Source: Paraspadella gotoi (lineage: Eukaryota; Animalia; Chaetognatha). Taken from it: DNA of 64,000 bases. Below are positions 1 to 23,610 of the stretch, in pieces. Every line of letters starts with the position of its first letter. The first letter of the stretch is position 1. The stretch spans positions 11,036,507-11,100,506 of the forward strand of contig CM119268.1 of assembly GCA_051294375.1 (NCBI GenBank), written 5' to 3'. The notes under the pieces are model-generated. The model made no database searches. It was not told the origin of the DNA and saw nothing but the letters and a program-made list of their open reading frames with translations. Position numbers and translations under genes: made by a program.

Positions 1-102
1 GAACACAAATTTTCCGCGTTTAAATGTCGAAAAGTGAAGAAAGAGGAGTCTTTCCCTTAGCGATGCTCGGTATTCACTTTTTAATCTCGAGATTTATTAG
101 GC

Positions 103-165
<63 letters not shown>

Positions 166-829
166 AGAACAGAAAGTAAGAAAGGGTGAGAGAGAAGCAA
201 GAGAAGAAAGAATGTAGCGAAAGAAAGAAAGAGGGAGTGGAAAGAAAGAAAGAAAGAAAGAAAGAAAAGAAAGAAAGAAAGAAAGAAAAAGAAGAAAGAA
301 AGAAAGAAAGAAAGGGAGAGAGAGTGAGAGAGAGTATGACCGATTCAAATTCGACATCAAATCCGATTTTTTTTTCTGAGCTCATCATCTCCAAAGGTCT
401 TATTAGTTTAAGGGGGACATCCCAACGCTTTCGAAAAAATAGAAAGTGAAAACGATCTCCAAGTTTGTGAACGTACCGAGCGAGTGACCAATTTTTTTTT
501 TCCTCTTTGTTATGATCGCCACTTCTCTCTCTTTCAATTTGTTTAACGTTTATAAAACTATTTTCGGCACCATACATATCGACAACGTCCGAGCTTCGAC
601 GATTGAGCACTTTGGTGTTCCTTAATGCGCCCCATAATCGAATTTTCACCACGCCCCCTTTCCGTCTCAAGTCGCATCATCAGTCTCCAAGCCCTCCTTT
701 TTTTCCCCCTCCCTCCCTTACTGCCTCCAACTCTCATCCCTTCTTCCCGCCGCACTTTCCAAAATCAAAAACCGAAACTGGAATCCTGTCCGTTTCGAAC
801 GAATCCCGGAAATGAAACCGAATTCGGGC

Positions 830-997
830 TGCGCGGTCGGCTCCCGTCGGCTCGCACGTCGGCTCCCGCGGTCGGCCTCCGCGTCGGCCTTCCGCGTCGG
901 CATCCGGTCGGATCCGCGTCGGCTCCGCGTCCGGACATTCGCGTCGGCTCCGCGTCGGCTCCGCGTTCGGCTCCGCGTCGGCTCCAGGTCGGCTCGT
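830..997. repeat. GC-rich 11-bp minisatellite (CCGCGTCGGCT)n, about 14 degenerate copies
   Basis: Unit ccgcgtcggct is visibly repeated with small indels; it generates the spurious ORFs at 625-1365 and 765-1100. Confidence 0.85.
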
Positions 998-3440
998 CTG
1001 TTTTAAAATCGTGGATTTCCAACTCGACTTTAAAATCCAATTTAGTCCGCATCCTTATTTTCCGTTGTTTACTTTTTTCATTAAACTTTACGCATCGCAC
1101 GCTTTTCGTCGGTACTTCAGAAAACTCCCATCATTTCCTCTTTTTTCTATTTCCGTTTAAAAAAAATTCAAATTTCCATTTTAATTTCCGTTTTTCCGAA
1201 GAAGCGAGTGCCCTTCCGCGACCAGAGCCTGTCCGCTTCCTTGTCGACTTTCCCCCGCTCCCGAGCCCCTGGGGCAGCTCGCTTTGGACCAGATGCTGCC
1301 TTGCCCTGAGTGCAGCTATCTGGCGTTTTCCCAAAAAAAAATTATTAAGCCAAGGCTCTTTTTAATCTCCTACGCGTCCATTTTATTTGCAAACATATTC
1401 TTTTGTTTACTTTGTAGTACCCGCTAACGAATACTTCTCTTCCTTTTCCCTCTTTCTCATCCCTGCATTTTTATTTCAAAACTTCATAATCTTATCGGAC
1501 CGCCGAGCGAGACAATTTTCATCTCCTGACGTCATGACGGTGCCGACCAAATCATCATTGGAATTTGTGATGAACAACGTCGTACGTAGCCTCAAACGGT
1601 GTCAATTGTCATCATCATCATTATTCATCGTCATCGTCATGAATCTTCGGACTCGTTAAAATTTTAAACTTTGTCATTAAATGAAAAGATCTTTAAAAAC
1701 CTATTCCTGTTCAATTAAATTTGCCCCGAAAAATCACTATTTATTTTCCGAATTCCCTTGATTTTAAAAACTGTTTTTGTTTTATTTTTCAAATCGGTAG
1801 TAGTTATATTTGTGAACAAATACAAAAGGATTAATGAGGGTAAAATAAATGTTTCAACTTAGTTTTTAGCATCCTGGCAATGAAGTACCCGCATTTTCTT
1901 TTTTATTCTTGTGTAATATTGATATCTGATGTTTCTCTTCTCTCCTCGATGTTTTTTTTTTTCTTTTCGAAGAGGGCGCACGTGGATTGCGCCCAGGTTC
2001 TTTCTCGTCATTCGAACTCAGAAGTTCGACGTTTTAATTAATGATTAAAACGAATCCGTCAAAAAAACGGACTTCGTGGCTCAAGATTAATAATCGAAGT
2101 TCCGATTTCAATTTGGCACCTTCGATCTCTAAATCTAACCCCAGTCTTCTTGTTTGAGGCTAATTTTCTTTTTACTAGCCTTTTTTTGTCTTTATACTTG
2201 ATCTTTTCCTTATTTTCTTTCTGTTGCGATTTATAAGCCATATTTAACTTACATTTTTATTCCGAAATTAAAAGTTTTTTTTTCAGTGTTTTTTTAGAAA
2301 ATACAACCGGACAAACACACCCTAATGTTTTATTTTGAGCGTTAATTTTTTCATCCCATCTTCCCATTTAATCTTTTTCAAACTTTGACGGACGCACAAT
2401 TGTTTTCTTTCTGTTTATTAAGATTGAATCTGGTGTCATCGACATTCGTCCCGAGAGGGAATCGAATTAACGAATTCGGTCGAGTCCGTCGTCGTCGTCG
2501 TCGAATCGATAATCTCCTGTCTCTCTCGTCGCTTGAAACGAATAATTTCGACTTTTCAGCGAAATTTTCTCTCGCCACATCGGCGTCTTTCCGATTGTTG
2601 ACGTTTGTTTCCAATTTTAGAGCGTCACTTCCCACCTGTCTCTCTCTCTCATCCCTCTCATCCTCTCATCTCTCTCTCGTCTCTCTCCTCTCTCCTCTCT
2701 TCTCTGCTGTCTCTCTCTCTCCTCGCCCCCATCGATTTTTCCTATTCCTCTGTTCTGAACCATGTTTTCTCCCTCCTCTACCGTCTCAAGGACTTTCGTT
2801 CTTGTTTTTATTATTGAAACAAAACGACTAAAATGGTTTCCTCTTCCTTTTCCATCAGGGGCCAACTCCCTCGCATCGTTTCTTTTTAAATTTTGGCAGC
2901 GATCCTGCCAAATTCTCTCTCGTTCCTCTGTCCTCTTCCTCCTCTTCCCCCATCCCCAACGCCGCACTTTTCCTCGCGGCGGGCTAAACTAGAGCAATTA
3001 ACCATCATCCCCGTCTTCCTCCTCAATGCTTTCTCCACACCCGTCCCACCCACCTCGCTCCTCTAATAACCCTTATTGTACTAGTCCTCTCATCTTCCTG
3101 CTCCAAGTCTCCTCTCTCTCTCCTCTCGTCTACTATCTAATTCCTCTCTCTCTCTCGTCTTCTCTCTGCTTCTCTCCTCTCAGTCCGGAGAATCATGACT
3201 CGAATCATTCCATTCTCCTCCATTCCTTTCAGATGGCTCCTGACGATAAACTTGATTCGGAAAAGTCGCAATAAAAAATGAACAAAGAAAAACCAAAAAT
3301 GCTGATCGCGGATCTGGAAAAACTAAGAAGCTCCAGAGAGAGACGAGGAACGAGAAGTAGAGAGAGAGAGAGAGAGAGAAGAGAGAGGGAGAGAGAGAGA
3401 GAGAGAGAAGAAGAGAGAACAGAGAGATGAGAGGAGAGAG

Positions 3441-3471
<31 letters not shown>

Positions 3472-3501
3472 AGAAAGAGAGAGAGAAAACAGAGAACGAG
3501 T

Positions 3502-3534
<33 letters not shown>

Positions 3535-3697
3535 GAGAAGAAAGAGAGACAGGAGGATGGCCGCGCGAATTCCATCGCCAGACTTTTTCCAACAAATCAA
3601 GACACATCGACGAACTTACCCCATGTTTTACGCCCGCGCAGCTTCGATTTTTGCCCAACGCCCGCCATTCCAAGACTACTTCCGAACGACGCCGTCG

Positions 3698-13506
<9,809 letters not shown>

Positions 13507-14649
13507 GGACTGGGGGGAATTAAGATTTATTTATTTTTTTATCTATATCGGGAGTATAAATCTAAATGTTTCGTTTGGAGAAAAACTTGGGGAAGGTAGG
13601 ATAAGTGGAGATCAAGATTTTTTTTTTTTATCAAGAATATAGATCTAATCGTTTTCTTTGGAACAAACTTGAAAAATTAAGATTCGTTTGGAAGAAGGAT
13701 CAAAATAATTTAGGTTAAAAAGTACATCGCAGAGAGAATCGGAACTTAGAATACTTACTAATTACTTAAATGAGTACAAGAGAATTAAAATTTATGAAAC
13801 AAAAAGAAAAGAAAAATCGAGATGATAAATAATGAATTTTGCCATTTTCAATTAAAAAGGGAGGTTTTTTCCTAAAAATTTGAGGATCAAAGAGATCAAA
13901 CGAATCCAGATTGACTCTAAAAAAGAAATTGCAAGAGAAGTTGAAGGTCGAAAGGGTCAAAAGTCAAAACAGCAGGTAAAGGATTACTCGAGTGAGAATC
14001 AGACCAAGTGAATAGTGAGTCTACGAAGTGAAACTTGGCAGAAAAAAAAAGGGGGCTTTGAGGCTAATATCGTTTTTTTTTCTTGCCTCCCTTCCCATTT
14101 TGTCATTCCTCTCCGTTATCCCTCTCCCGCCACTTCTACATCCTTTCCCTCTGTCCCCCTGCCCCACGACAAACTCCCTAGCTATCGCACAATCTCAATT
14201 TTGTCTTATAACTGAAGTACTAATGACATTATCATCTCAACCTTGTTTTGTCTAGAAATCTAATCGATATCCACCCTAAATCGATACTTGGATCATTTTC
14301 AATTTTCGTGTAGTAAATATTTCGATGCGCTTAAAAAAAATATATTTATTAACTCTTTCCATTTTTTGCTTTTGTAATTCTTTTTTAACTGAAATGGAAT
14401 TAATAAATAATTCTTTTTGTTGAAGGTTTCGAGTTTTTTAAGGGTCGTGTTAACAGCATCATGATTCAGGAAGCTTCAGTCAAAAGTGTTAGGTTTACGA
14501 AACTGAGAAAGAGATTAGAATTTTAAAAAAACGTTTATTTGAGACAATAAAGACAAGACAGCACATGTTATACTTTTTTTTTCAAAATTAAACTGCGTAA
14601 TAGCAGAGGGCACAGTTGCTTCGCTTTCAGCCGCAATAGGCGCTTCTGG

Positions 14650-17600
14650 CTAATAGGCGCCTTCGATACGGTGATCCGCCCAAATCCTCTTGCAAAACGC
14701 CTTGTAAGACACTGGCGCCAACTCGCAATGCCTGAAGTGAAAAAAAAAAAGGAAGCGAGGCTAAAAAAAGAAACTTATAGAACAAAGCAGACGCCTCGCC
14801 ACAGCTTTTAGGCCTTAAAAGGAAAAAAAAGAGAGAACCGCTAAGACGCTGACAGCTTTTGTAATCTATAATCTCAATTGACGTGCCAAGTGTAACCTAT
14901 TTATTTTTCTTTAAAGCTATTTACCGCGCTTTGTGAATATTAGAATATTTGCTACTAATTTTTTTTGCTCAGAATTATCAATTATTGTAAACTTTCATGT
15001 ATATATTATTTATATTTATACATGTCTCGGAAAAGAGAAATACGCGAGTTCCCAAGTCGAAAAAACCATAAGCAAAATCTGCGTAAATCGCTTTTTTTGC
15101 AATGAGGAGGCAATTAGGCAAATGAAAAGGCCAAGCAACCCACTCTCCAATTCCAAAGCCCTCAGCAGAAGAAACGCACTAAAATAAAAATAAAAATATT
15201 CGGGACAAAGAAAAGAGAAAACTAGGAACGAGCCTGGCGAGTCGCAATTGCAGAATGTGGAGATTGAATTGGTTGTCGGCGACTTTGTCGTAGTATTCCT
15301 CCTCGTCCTCCTTCAGCATGAAGTTCAGGTTGTCGTAATACCAACGTTTGAGCCTCTCCAGCTCGATGGTCACTTGTTCGATGCGACGCTGAGGAAGTAG
15401 AGGGAGTAGCGGAATCGGGAAAAACAAAAGGCTAACGACTTTTTAAAAAAATTGTTTCGGTTACTTAGTAAAAATAATGAGAAGAGACAGGCGAATGAGA
15501 AAAAAATAAAGATTTAAAAAAAAACAAAATAACATTCGCGTCGCATCGTTCTTTTCTTTTTCTCTCGATGGCGACGCAGTTGGGAAAAAATTGGAGTGAA
15601 GATTATTAGAGTTGTCACTTTCTCAATTCTTCGCCTCACGCCGAAGATGAGGACGAGGAGGAGGATATGAATCACACAAAGAGAGTGGAATCGTGGTGTT
15701 TGCACTTAGAGAGAAGAGAAAGTGAGACAGAAAAACTGGGCGGGTTGAAGTTAGAGAAAAGAGGGATAGATGAGAGATGAAAGTTCGAGAGACGAAAAAG
15801 ACAAACGAGCGAAACAAAACAAGGTGGTTCAGTGAAGGTAAAAACACAGGGAAGAAACAAATATACCCAAGTGTAAACAAAGGAAACAATTAAAAATAAA
15901 CGATGAGAACCGATGAGAAACCGACGAAGCTGTGAACGATGGATAGAACGAACTGGTTCGATAAAAAAAAATTCAATACAACGTACAAACAATCAAACAA
16001 TCCATTAATCACCAGTATCAGGTTGGCCTTTTCAACGAGCCCTTGTTTGAATTCGGCGAAACATTCCTTCGTTATTCTCTGCGCTTGATACCAGGTCAAT
16101 TTGGGCGGGTTGTCGATCTTGGCCAAGAATGGCGCCAAGTAATCCAAACCCATGTTTCGACGCCTGAGGTCGGATTGGAGGTGAGGAAGAAAAGACTATT
16201 TTTGAGGCTTTTCTTTTCGAACCATTGTGCAGCGATTTCTTCCGCAATATTGGTTGTGAGAATTACTTTTTTTCCTACTTCTACCATTTTTCCTACTTTC
16301 CTATTTTTTTTTTTTTTTTTTGCGCTTTGCTTTGATTTGCTTTACTTTCCTATTCTTTCATTACTTATTCTTTCCTTTTATTTCCTATTATTCCATTCCT
16401 GATCTTTCATTTCCTATTTTCCCCTTTACTATTCTTTCCTTTATTTTCTTCCCTTTCCTATTCTTTCTTTATATTTTATATATATTTGCTTTGCTTTGCT
16501 TTGCTTTGCTTTCCTTTCCGATTCTTTACTTTTATTTCCTATTCTTTCCTTTCCTGATCTTTCATTTCCTCTTCTCCCCTTTATTATTCTTTCCTTTCCT
16601 ATTCTTTCTTTATATTTCCTATTCTTTCCTTTCTTTTCCTTTCCTTTTTTTATTCTTCCCTTCCTTAATATTTCCTTTCCTTCTCTATTCTTTCCTTTTC
16701 GATACTCTCCTTTCATTTTCCCATTCTCCCCCTCACTATTCTTTCCAGTCCTTTTCTATTCTTTCCCTTTCCTCCCGTTTTGCCTGTATTCTTCCTCGGC
16801 CGCTTCCGCCTCCATCTTGCGACGAAGAAGTCGCAAATCTCTGTTCCTTCCGGTGTCGTATTTGGAAAACTCTAGCTCGTAGACGACCTCCTCCTTCAGA
16901 CGGTCTTCCAGTAAAGTTTTAGTCTGCGATGAGATATGAGTAGCTATCGTTACCAACCAAGTATTATTGCGATAAGCTATCGAAGCAATATTCGATAAAA
17001 AAAAAAAAGTTTAACTTAGCCTGTCCAAGGTCAGGAGCGAGAAAGCTTATTAATTAAATGAATGGATAATTTTTAAATTGGTTGCATTGGGTATGGGGCA
17101 CGGTTGCCACTCGAAAAAAATACATACACTTTTTTCATGATTTAAAAAAAAAAGGCTACAATAATGACCAATATAACCAATATAACCACTAACCTCGAGT
17201 TCAGCTTTTTTAATCAACAGTTTGCTGTTTTCTTCTTTCTTCAAAAGATCGATCAACATCTCGTAGAGTTCCACGTTCTTCAACTTCCGGGCCTTAGGAT
17301 CCACCTGCGCGTGCGAATCTCATTAGCAGTCGTGCGTGACTTTTTTTTTTCTCGCGCGATACCACAATCTTGGCATTCAATGTAGAGAAAACGAACCTCG
17401 AAGCAATAGATGAGCCTTAATCTATAAATATAGTACCAAAACCTTAAAGAATAACGCTAACAAATTAAATTCAAATTAAATTCTAAGTTAAGTCTTTTTT
17501 TTTCAAATATACTTGAAACATGGTGTGCAGGTCGACGTCGAAAGAGACATATCCTTTTTCCTCAATGTCCGTGGGTTTTCTGAATTCGCGAACTGAAGCC

Positions 17601-20398
17601 GTGACTCTCTCTTTCGCCGTGTGATACCTTTGGAGATTGGTCATTTCTCGAATGATTGCTATTTTTTAATTCCTTCTTCGAGAGATGAGGAGAATTTTTA
17701 ACCTCAAGGTGATTCTGTTCAGCACTTGGTCGTAGACAATTTCCTCGATGTCGTCGTTTGCGTCCACCAATGGATCGTGGTGAAACCTTTCCACGATTCT
17801 CTAGAAAAAGTAGGATAACAATATGAATTAATTTTTGAAAAAGACTCCACTAATGCTTTAATACAAACGACAAATATTAACAAATATGACCGATAAGCAA
17901 TACGGAGTTTGCGAAATTTCTCACCAAAATTCGTTTCTCGTAGGAAATCGATCTGTTGGTTTCACCGCCGCCCGGTTTGTGGTCGCTCTTGTCCGATCGA
18001 CTGGCCACGATCTTGTACAGCGTCTGTCGGTGGTAGAGATTGTCGTATCGGTCCATGAACTTCTCCGTCATCTCCGGACCCAACTCTCTTCGTATCTCCA
18101 ACCCGTCCACTCTGCCAATGGGGGAAGATACAATAAATATCATTTTTGTACAAAATATTTAAGTAATTTTTAAGGCGATTAGGTTAAGTATTAAAATACG
18201 ATCAAAAAAATTGTTTCCTGACCTTGCCTTGTGATAATATGTCATGGTTCTATCCACGTCCAAGACTGTCGTATTCAATTTGAAAACGTGTTTGCGAAGA
18301 CAATTTCGACGTCCTGATCGATAAAAAAAAAGTCTTTAATTGATTTATTAGAATTGATCAGTCCTGAGGGATAACAACGTCAAGTCCGAAAATGTTTATC
18401 TACTTTCACTCACCTGGCACAAACTTTTCGGTACAAAACCCGGCGACGTAGTTGTGGACCCGTTCGGAGAGTTTGTCGACGCGGTGTTGGAAGTATTCGC
18501 GACTCTCCATCACGTCCGTCATTCCGTTGTCATCGTAGGTGGTCACTCTTCTCATCAGGCCGTCCTAGAGCGACAATCAATCGATTGAAGCTTTCAAGGA
18601 GAGAAGCCAATCTTCTTTTTAATGGCTTGTGTCTTGTAATTCACCTCCATGATGTAAGGCGCGTACTTTTCTAATTTCGCCTTTTTGTACAGCACAACTT
18701 TTTTTCCGGCCGGATATCGCATTTCCATTTCTGTGTCGACAAGATGGAATTTTTAAGGAGACAAGATTGAACATAAAATCAAACCGAACATGATCGACGT
18801 TCTTTCGCAGTATTTAAAAAGTTATGGATAGAAGATTTAGTGAATTATTTAGTGCATAAATCTTAGCAAAAATTAATTAAAAATTAAAAAATCCTGCGAC
18901 AAAACGCTTAACAAAAACTGTCTCACGTTCGACCCTCACTTATTTTTTTCCCCTCAAATAAGAAACTTATAAGCTATAAGTATGAAATCACGAAAATGCT
19001 TTCAGTTCAAATTCACTGACGCTTGGGCGTGAGGAATAACTTCTCCGTCCAACTCGGCGGCATATCGATCACGAGCGGTTCCTCCTCATCCGTGCCGCCT
19101 TTGTCTCCGCCGCCTTCTTCATCGCCGTACTCTTCGAATCCTGAAGAGAAAAATCAAAATGGCGGCGCGTGTGGCGTGCCGGCGGGAAATAGTCTTCTGT
19201 TTAAACATAATCTGTATACCATACTAACTAAAACGCATAGAAAACTCTATATGGAATATATGAACAATATATAAATCCTAACGAGAATAAATGAATAAGA
19301 TTTCGTTAATTCCTAAACTTCTCTTTAACAATTCTATTTTTTCTCACTTCTTTCATTTCGACAAATTAATTTTTCAATGTTTTCAAATTTCCTTCGAGAT
19401 TTCCTCCTCTTCCTTCTCCTCCTCCTCCTCCTCCTCCTTCGCCTCTTTCTCATTAGAGTCGCGACGAAATTCGCAAACCGACAGACGGACAGACAGACCG
19501 AAAAGTTGAATAAGGTCTTTAGCGATGACTACAAAACGCCGTGTACTTACCTTTCCCGCCTCCGCTCTCGCCCTCCTCGCCGCTCTTGGCGAGAAAGGCA
19601 GCGAGGGCCAGCTGTCGATCCGTCGTGTTGAACATGTACTCCCAACCGGTGCAGTCGAGCAGATCCCACATCATCTCGCCGCAGCCATCGCTGCAGTCCT
19701 GCATGTTGACCCAGTAGTTCTGGTGATTCCAGATCGACTCGATGCCGTGGAAACTGTGAAAAAAAAACGTATTATTGCTAGGTCGTTATTGTTGTTAATT
19801 GTGGCGGATGTTGGTGGTTGTTGATAGCTATGGCTGTTGGACGAACCACCTCCCACCACAGACCGATGATCGTCCACCGAGTGGGCGTGTCCCGTCAGCG
19901 GCTCGATGAAGAACGTCTCCGCAATCTCCCGCTTTCCCTCGAGGATGACGATCCAGGCGTGGACGCGAAGTCCTTTGAGGGGATCCGTTGGTGGCTTCTC
20001 CAATTCCTGATGGAAAGAGACCGTTTGATACTTGATACAGGGCGATGACCTAACACTTGCCACAATCACTAAGAAAAATTGACGTTTTATCGGTAAACAC
20101 GTAAGATAATGTATGTGAAAAAAACAACAATTTCGTTAAACCGTTTTGGTAAATCCTTTTAAGTTAATGTCCTAAATTAAATCATCTTTTTCCACTGGAT
20201 TTTTTCTTCGTATGCAAGGCCGAAGAATGAAAGGCACCTCCAACTTGGCGAGCTTTTCCGCCTTGATCTCCGCCTCCTTCTTTATCTCCGCGTCGACTTT
20301 CTTCTTCTTCATCCGGATTTCGTATCTGGAGAGACCCACGGGCTTGGGAGGTATGTTCTCTTCATCCGGGGGCTGCAAAGATAAGGGGTTGATTCAGG

Positions 20399-20444
<46 letters not shown>

Positions 20445-22165
20445 TTTTTAAGCAAAGTAGCTAAATAACTGAATGATTTATTTATCGTTTACATTATTTA
20501 GGTATTATTATTACCTATTAATCCAATCTACCTTTTCCTTCAAAAACGGACACTCCTCTCTCGTTTGATCCCTGTTGCAGATTTCCCTCGATGCGTAACC
20601 GGTGGCGACGTAAGCGTCGTATCCTGCTCCCAACAGCAGCGAACAAAGGAGCATCGCAAAGTCCAAACAGTTGCCACTTTGCTTGCGCAGAGTCGTCATA
20701 GGGGCCACTTGCAAAACTGGCTGAAGTGGTAGAGGTTAGTGGAGGGTTTAAAACCGGCAGCAACTTAACAGTGCGGGATTTTCGCTATCCGGAACTTGTA
20801 AAAACGGTCGTTTTAACCTAACCAGATATATGTCTCAAATTTTCCATTCAAATAGTTGGCAACTTGACACTACAGAATCTAAAAGAAAAATCGGTCAAAT
20901 AGAGGAAAGAACACTTCGCTAAATTACAGACTTGTCACTCTCAGAGGACAAACAATTAGAAAAATGGACTCTCAGCCTAATTCTGAACCAGCTCTATAGG
21001 GGGATCCAAAGGCTCGTAGTCCAAGTAGTCGGCGACAAAGTTGGCCGCGCCCTGCCATTTGTGGAGCTCGATGAAGGGCAGCAGCGCCGGCCGCAGGGTG
21101 AGGCAGACCAGCTTTTCCACGCTGCACTCGTTCACGGGATACACGTAGAGCGCCTGTGAGAGAGAACATTATATAATTATATATATTATATAATATATAT
21201 ATATAATTTAATTATTTATTTATTAATAATTTAATTATAATGGATAATTTTATAATGATTAAGCCAATTTCTTAATAGGAGTTTAGTTGAGCTATGAGGA
21301 TAGAGAGAAGGTTTTGGTGATGATATGGCAGATGAAATGAGATGCGAATGAAGGTTACAGATGAGATTATAGATAGTCTGACCTTTCTGTCTCGGTATAA
21401 GTGGAGATACTGTCTACGAAAGTTCTCGGCGATGATGAGAATTTCCTTTTCTCTTGCGTTGTTTTCTTTGTAAGAATCTGGAAACTCGGTCGAGAGACTG
21501 ATTCTTGAGACGCCTCTGGGATTCAGGGTTTCAAATTTTTTAAGCTACTTCGGACCAATTCTTTATTGTTTATTTTGACTGACTTTCTGGGAAACGACGA
21601 TCGAAAATGCAACGTGTTTTTTAATATTTATTTACATCGAGATCGTAAGGGACGAGGAATAAAACAGTTTAAGTTGTTTTTAAACAAACAACGAATAAAA
21701 TCCAATTAAAACAATTTTTAAAAAAACATTGAAAACGTGAAAACAGTGAAAAAGAGGCAACTGAAGCTGCAACAAAAAACCAATTAAAATGTTATTGAGA
21801 AGAAAGCAGACGGCCTCGACCATCCCATTTCCCTCTGCTTGATCGTCGCCGCGACCGTCACTCGCGAAATCGGACACCGACATTGAATTCTCGGCCGTCC
21901 TAAGACGTAAGCCCGTTTTCTCACTACGGCGATGCCCAGGTCGCTAACCGCGAACGTCAATTCAATAACTCACTCACTTCACTCCGCTCAATCCAACCGG
22001 CCAAGACCTGTAAGTCGGCGCTTTGAGCCAAATCAGACTGAGCTCCTTCTTCAGCTCCTGCAATCCTTCTTCCTCTTGAGGAGTTTCCGCGGAGGCGACG
22101 TCGTCGTGGACTTCGGCGTCTTTCAACTCGATCGTCGGCGTCGGCAGCGGCTCCTCGGTCGCCAT
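14650..22165 (-). CDS. DRC7: Dynein regulatory complex subunit 7 (CCDC135), transglutaminase-like fold
   Basis: 19 in-phase exons: 22008-22165, 21383-21515, 20989-21153, 20532-20720, 20238-20372, 19864-20006, 19551-19753, 19021-19140, 18645-18730, 18414-18564, 18223-18313, 17925-18111, 17703-17800, 17513-17627, 17194-17304, 16784-16923, 16013-16163, 15234-15388, 14650-14731. Motifs recognised from vertebrate DRC7: ENFRRQY, PVNEC...TLRP, GNCLDFAMLLCSLLLGAGYDAY, GLRVHAW...FFIEP, GIESIWNHQNYWVNMQ, DMPPSW, RVDGL, LDYLAPFL, RLARHCELAP. Minus-strand AATAAA at 14534-14539. Confidence 0.95.
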
Positions 22166-22171
22166 GGCGAC
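22158..22171. promoter_or_regulatory. X-box-like (RFX) perfect palindrome GTCGCCATGGCGAC overlapping the DRC7 start codon
   Basis: The 14-bp palindrome differs from the canonical X-box GTTGCCATGGCAAC at two symmetric positions. Ciliary genes are established RFX targets. Confidence 0.5.
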
Positions 22172-23005
22172 GGAGGCGACCGTCTCTATCTCGAGGGTTG
22201 TGGCTTTACGAAAGTCGTTGCGAATAAAAGCTAAATATAAAAACAGTCGCCTCGCTCTTTCTTTATTTATTTCGATCGAAATAAAAAAAAAGTTTTAAAA
22301 AAAATCTCAATTGATGACCTACTCGTTCCGAACGTAAAGGAGGCGTCTTGATTAGAGACGTGAGTGGGCGTGGCTTGAGTCGTATACAGACGCGCGAATT
22401 TCTCGAGTGGGAACGCGGGAAAAGTAAACTCGGGTTTTTTTTTTTTACGAAAGTGAAGAAAGAGAAGAAGAATTAGAAAGAGGTTGAACGGGAGCGATTA
22501 CCGATTAGACTGATTAAAGGCACGTAGGAATTTTTACGCTTTTTAACTTTTCCTTGACTCGTCTAATAAGGATGATAATAATTTTCAGGGAAACGATTCG
22601 TCAAAATTTTTAGTTACGCTATTTATAACGATTATTATCGATTGTGTCCAGATTGTCATAACTTTGAAATCCTTTTTTTTTCCCAAGAACAACACCATTA
22701 TTTTTCTGTTTCGACATTTTTGATGAGGACCTGCAAGAATTTCAGTTTTATTATCGTCCTTTTTCGTTTTCGTCATCGTAAAAGCGGCGACATTTTATGT
22801 TTTTATTCGCAAATATTAAGGAAAACAAAAGGGAAACGAAAGAGGAAAAGCGAGAAAGACGAATGACGATAGGTGGCTGTGAAATCATTTCAGAAACTTA
22901 TTAAAAGAGGAAGGATGGGGGAAAACGGGAAAGGGGAAGGGAAGACGAGAATATATGAAGAGAATGAAGGAAACGGGAGTAAAAAAAAGTTTACTGAACG
23001 GAGAG

Positions 23006-23130
<125 letters not shown>

Positions 23131-23553
23131 GACGTAGAGAGCTCTTATAGCCTTCTCTTTCAAAGTCTAGAAAGAAGATTACAAAAGCACCTGATTCAAC
23201 TTTTTAACGATTAACACTCCAGGGAATTTAAACGCTTTTAATCGATTTTTTTTTTTTTTAATATTTTTAAAACGATCTGTTTGCCCGTCCGTTTATTTCA
23301 TTCAAAAGCCCTTTTCAAAATTTACGAATTTATCAATAAAAACATTTTCGTTGGAGACTAATTAGAGGCGACCCTTCACTAGACAGTGCTGAGTAGTGAG
23401 TAACTGAGTATCCAAAAAAGGAAAGGAACAACTCGACCTTCAACCTATGAGTTTAATGATCGGTTCTCTCGTTTTTGGACGAGTGCAACTTGGATCTATG
23501 GTCAGACGCCGTAAAAGATCTCTCTCTCTCTTCTCCAACTTACGCATAGAAGT

Positions 23554-23610
<57 letters not shown>

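Noticed and set aside
74-3600. Many ORFs rich in SL/RE/FLS repeats here and throughout the window (e.g. 10871-12092, 16320-16922, 22873-23214, 53345-54023)
   Set aside because: They are translations of (GA)n, (CT)n and (GAAA)n microsatellites, not genes.
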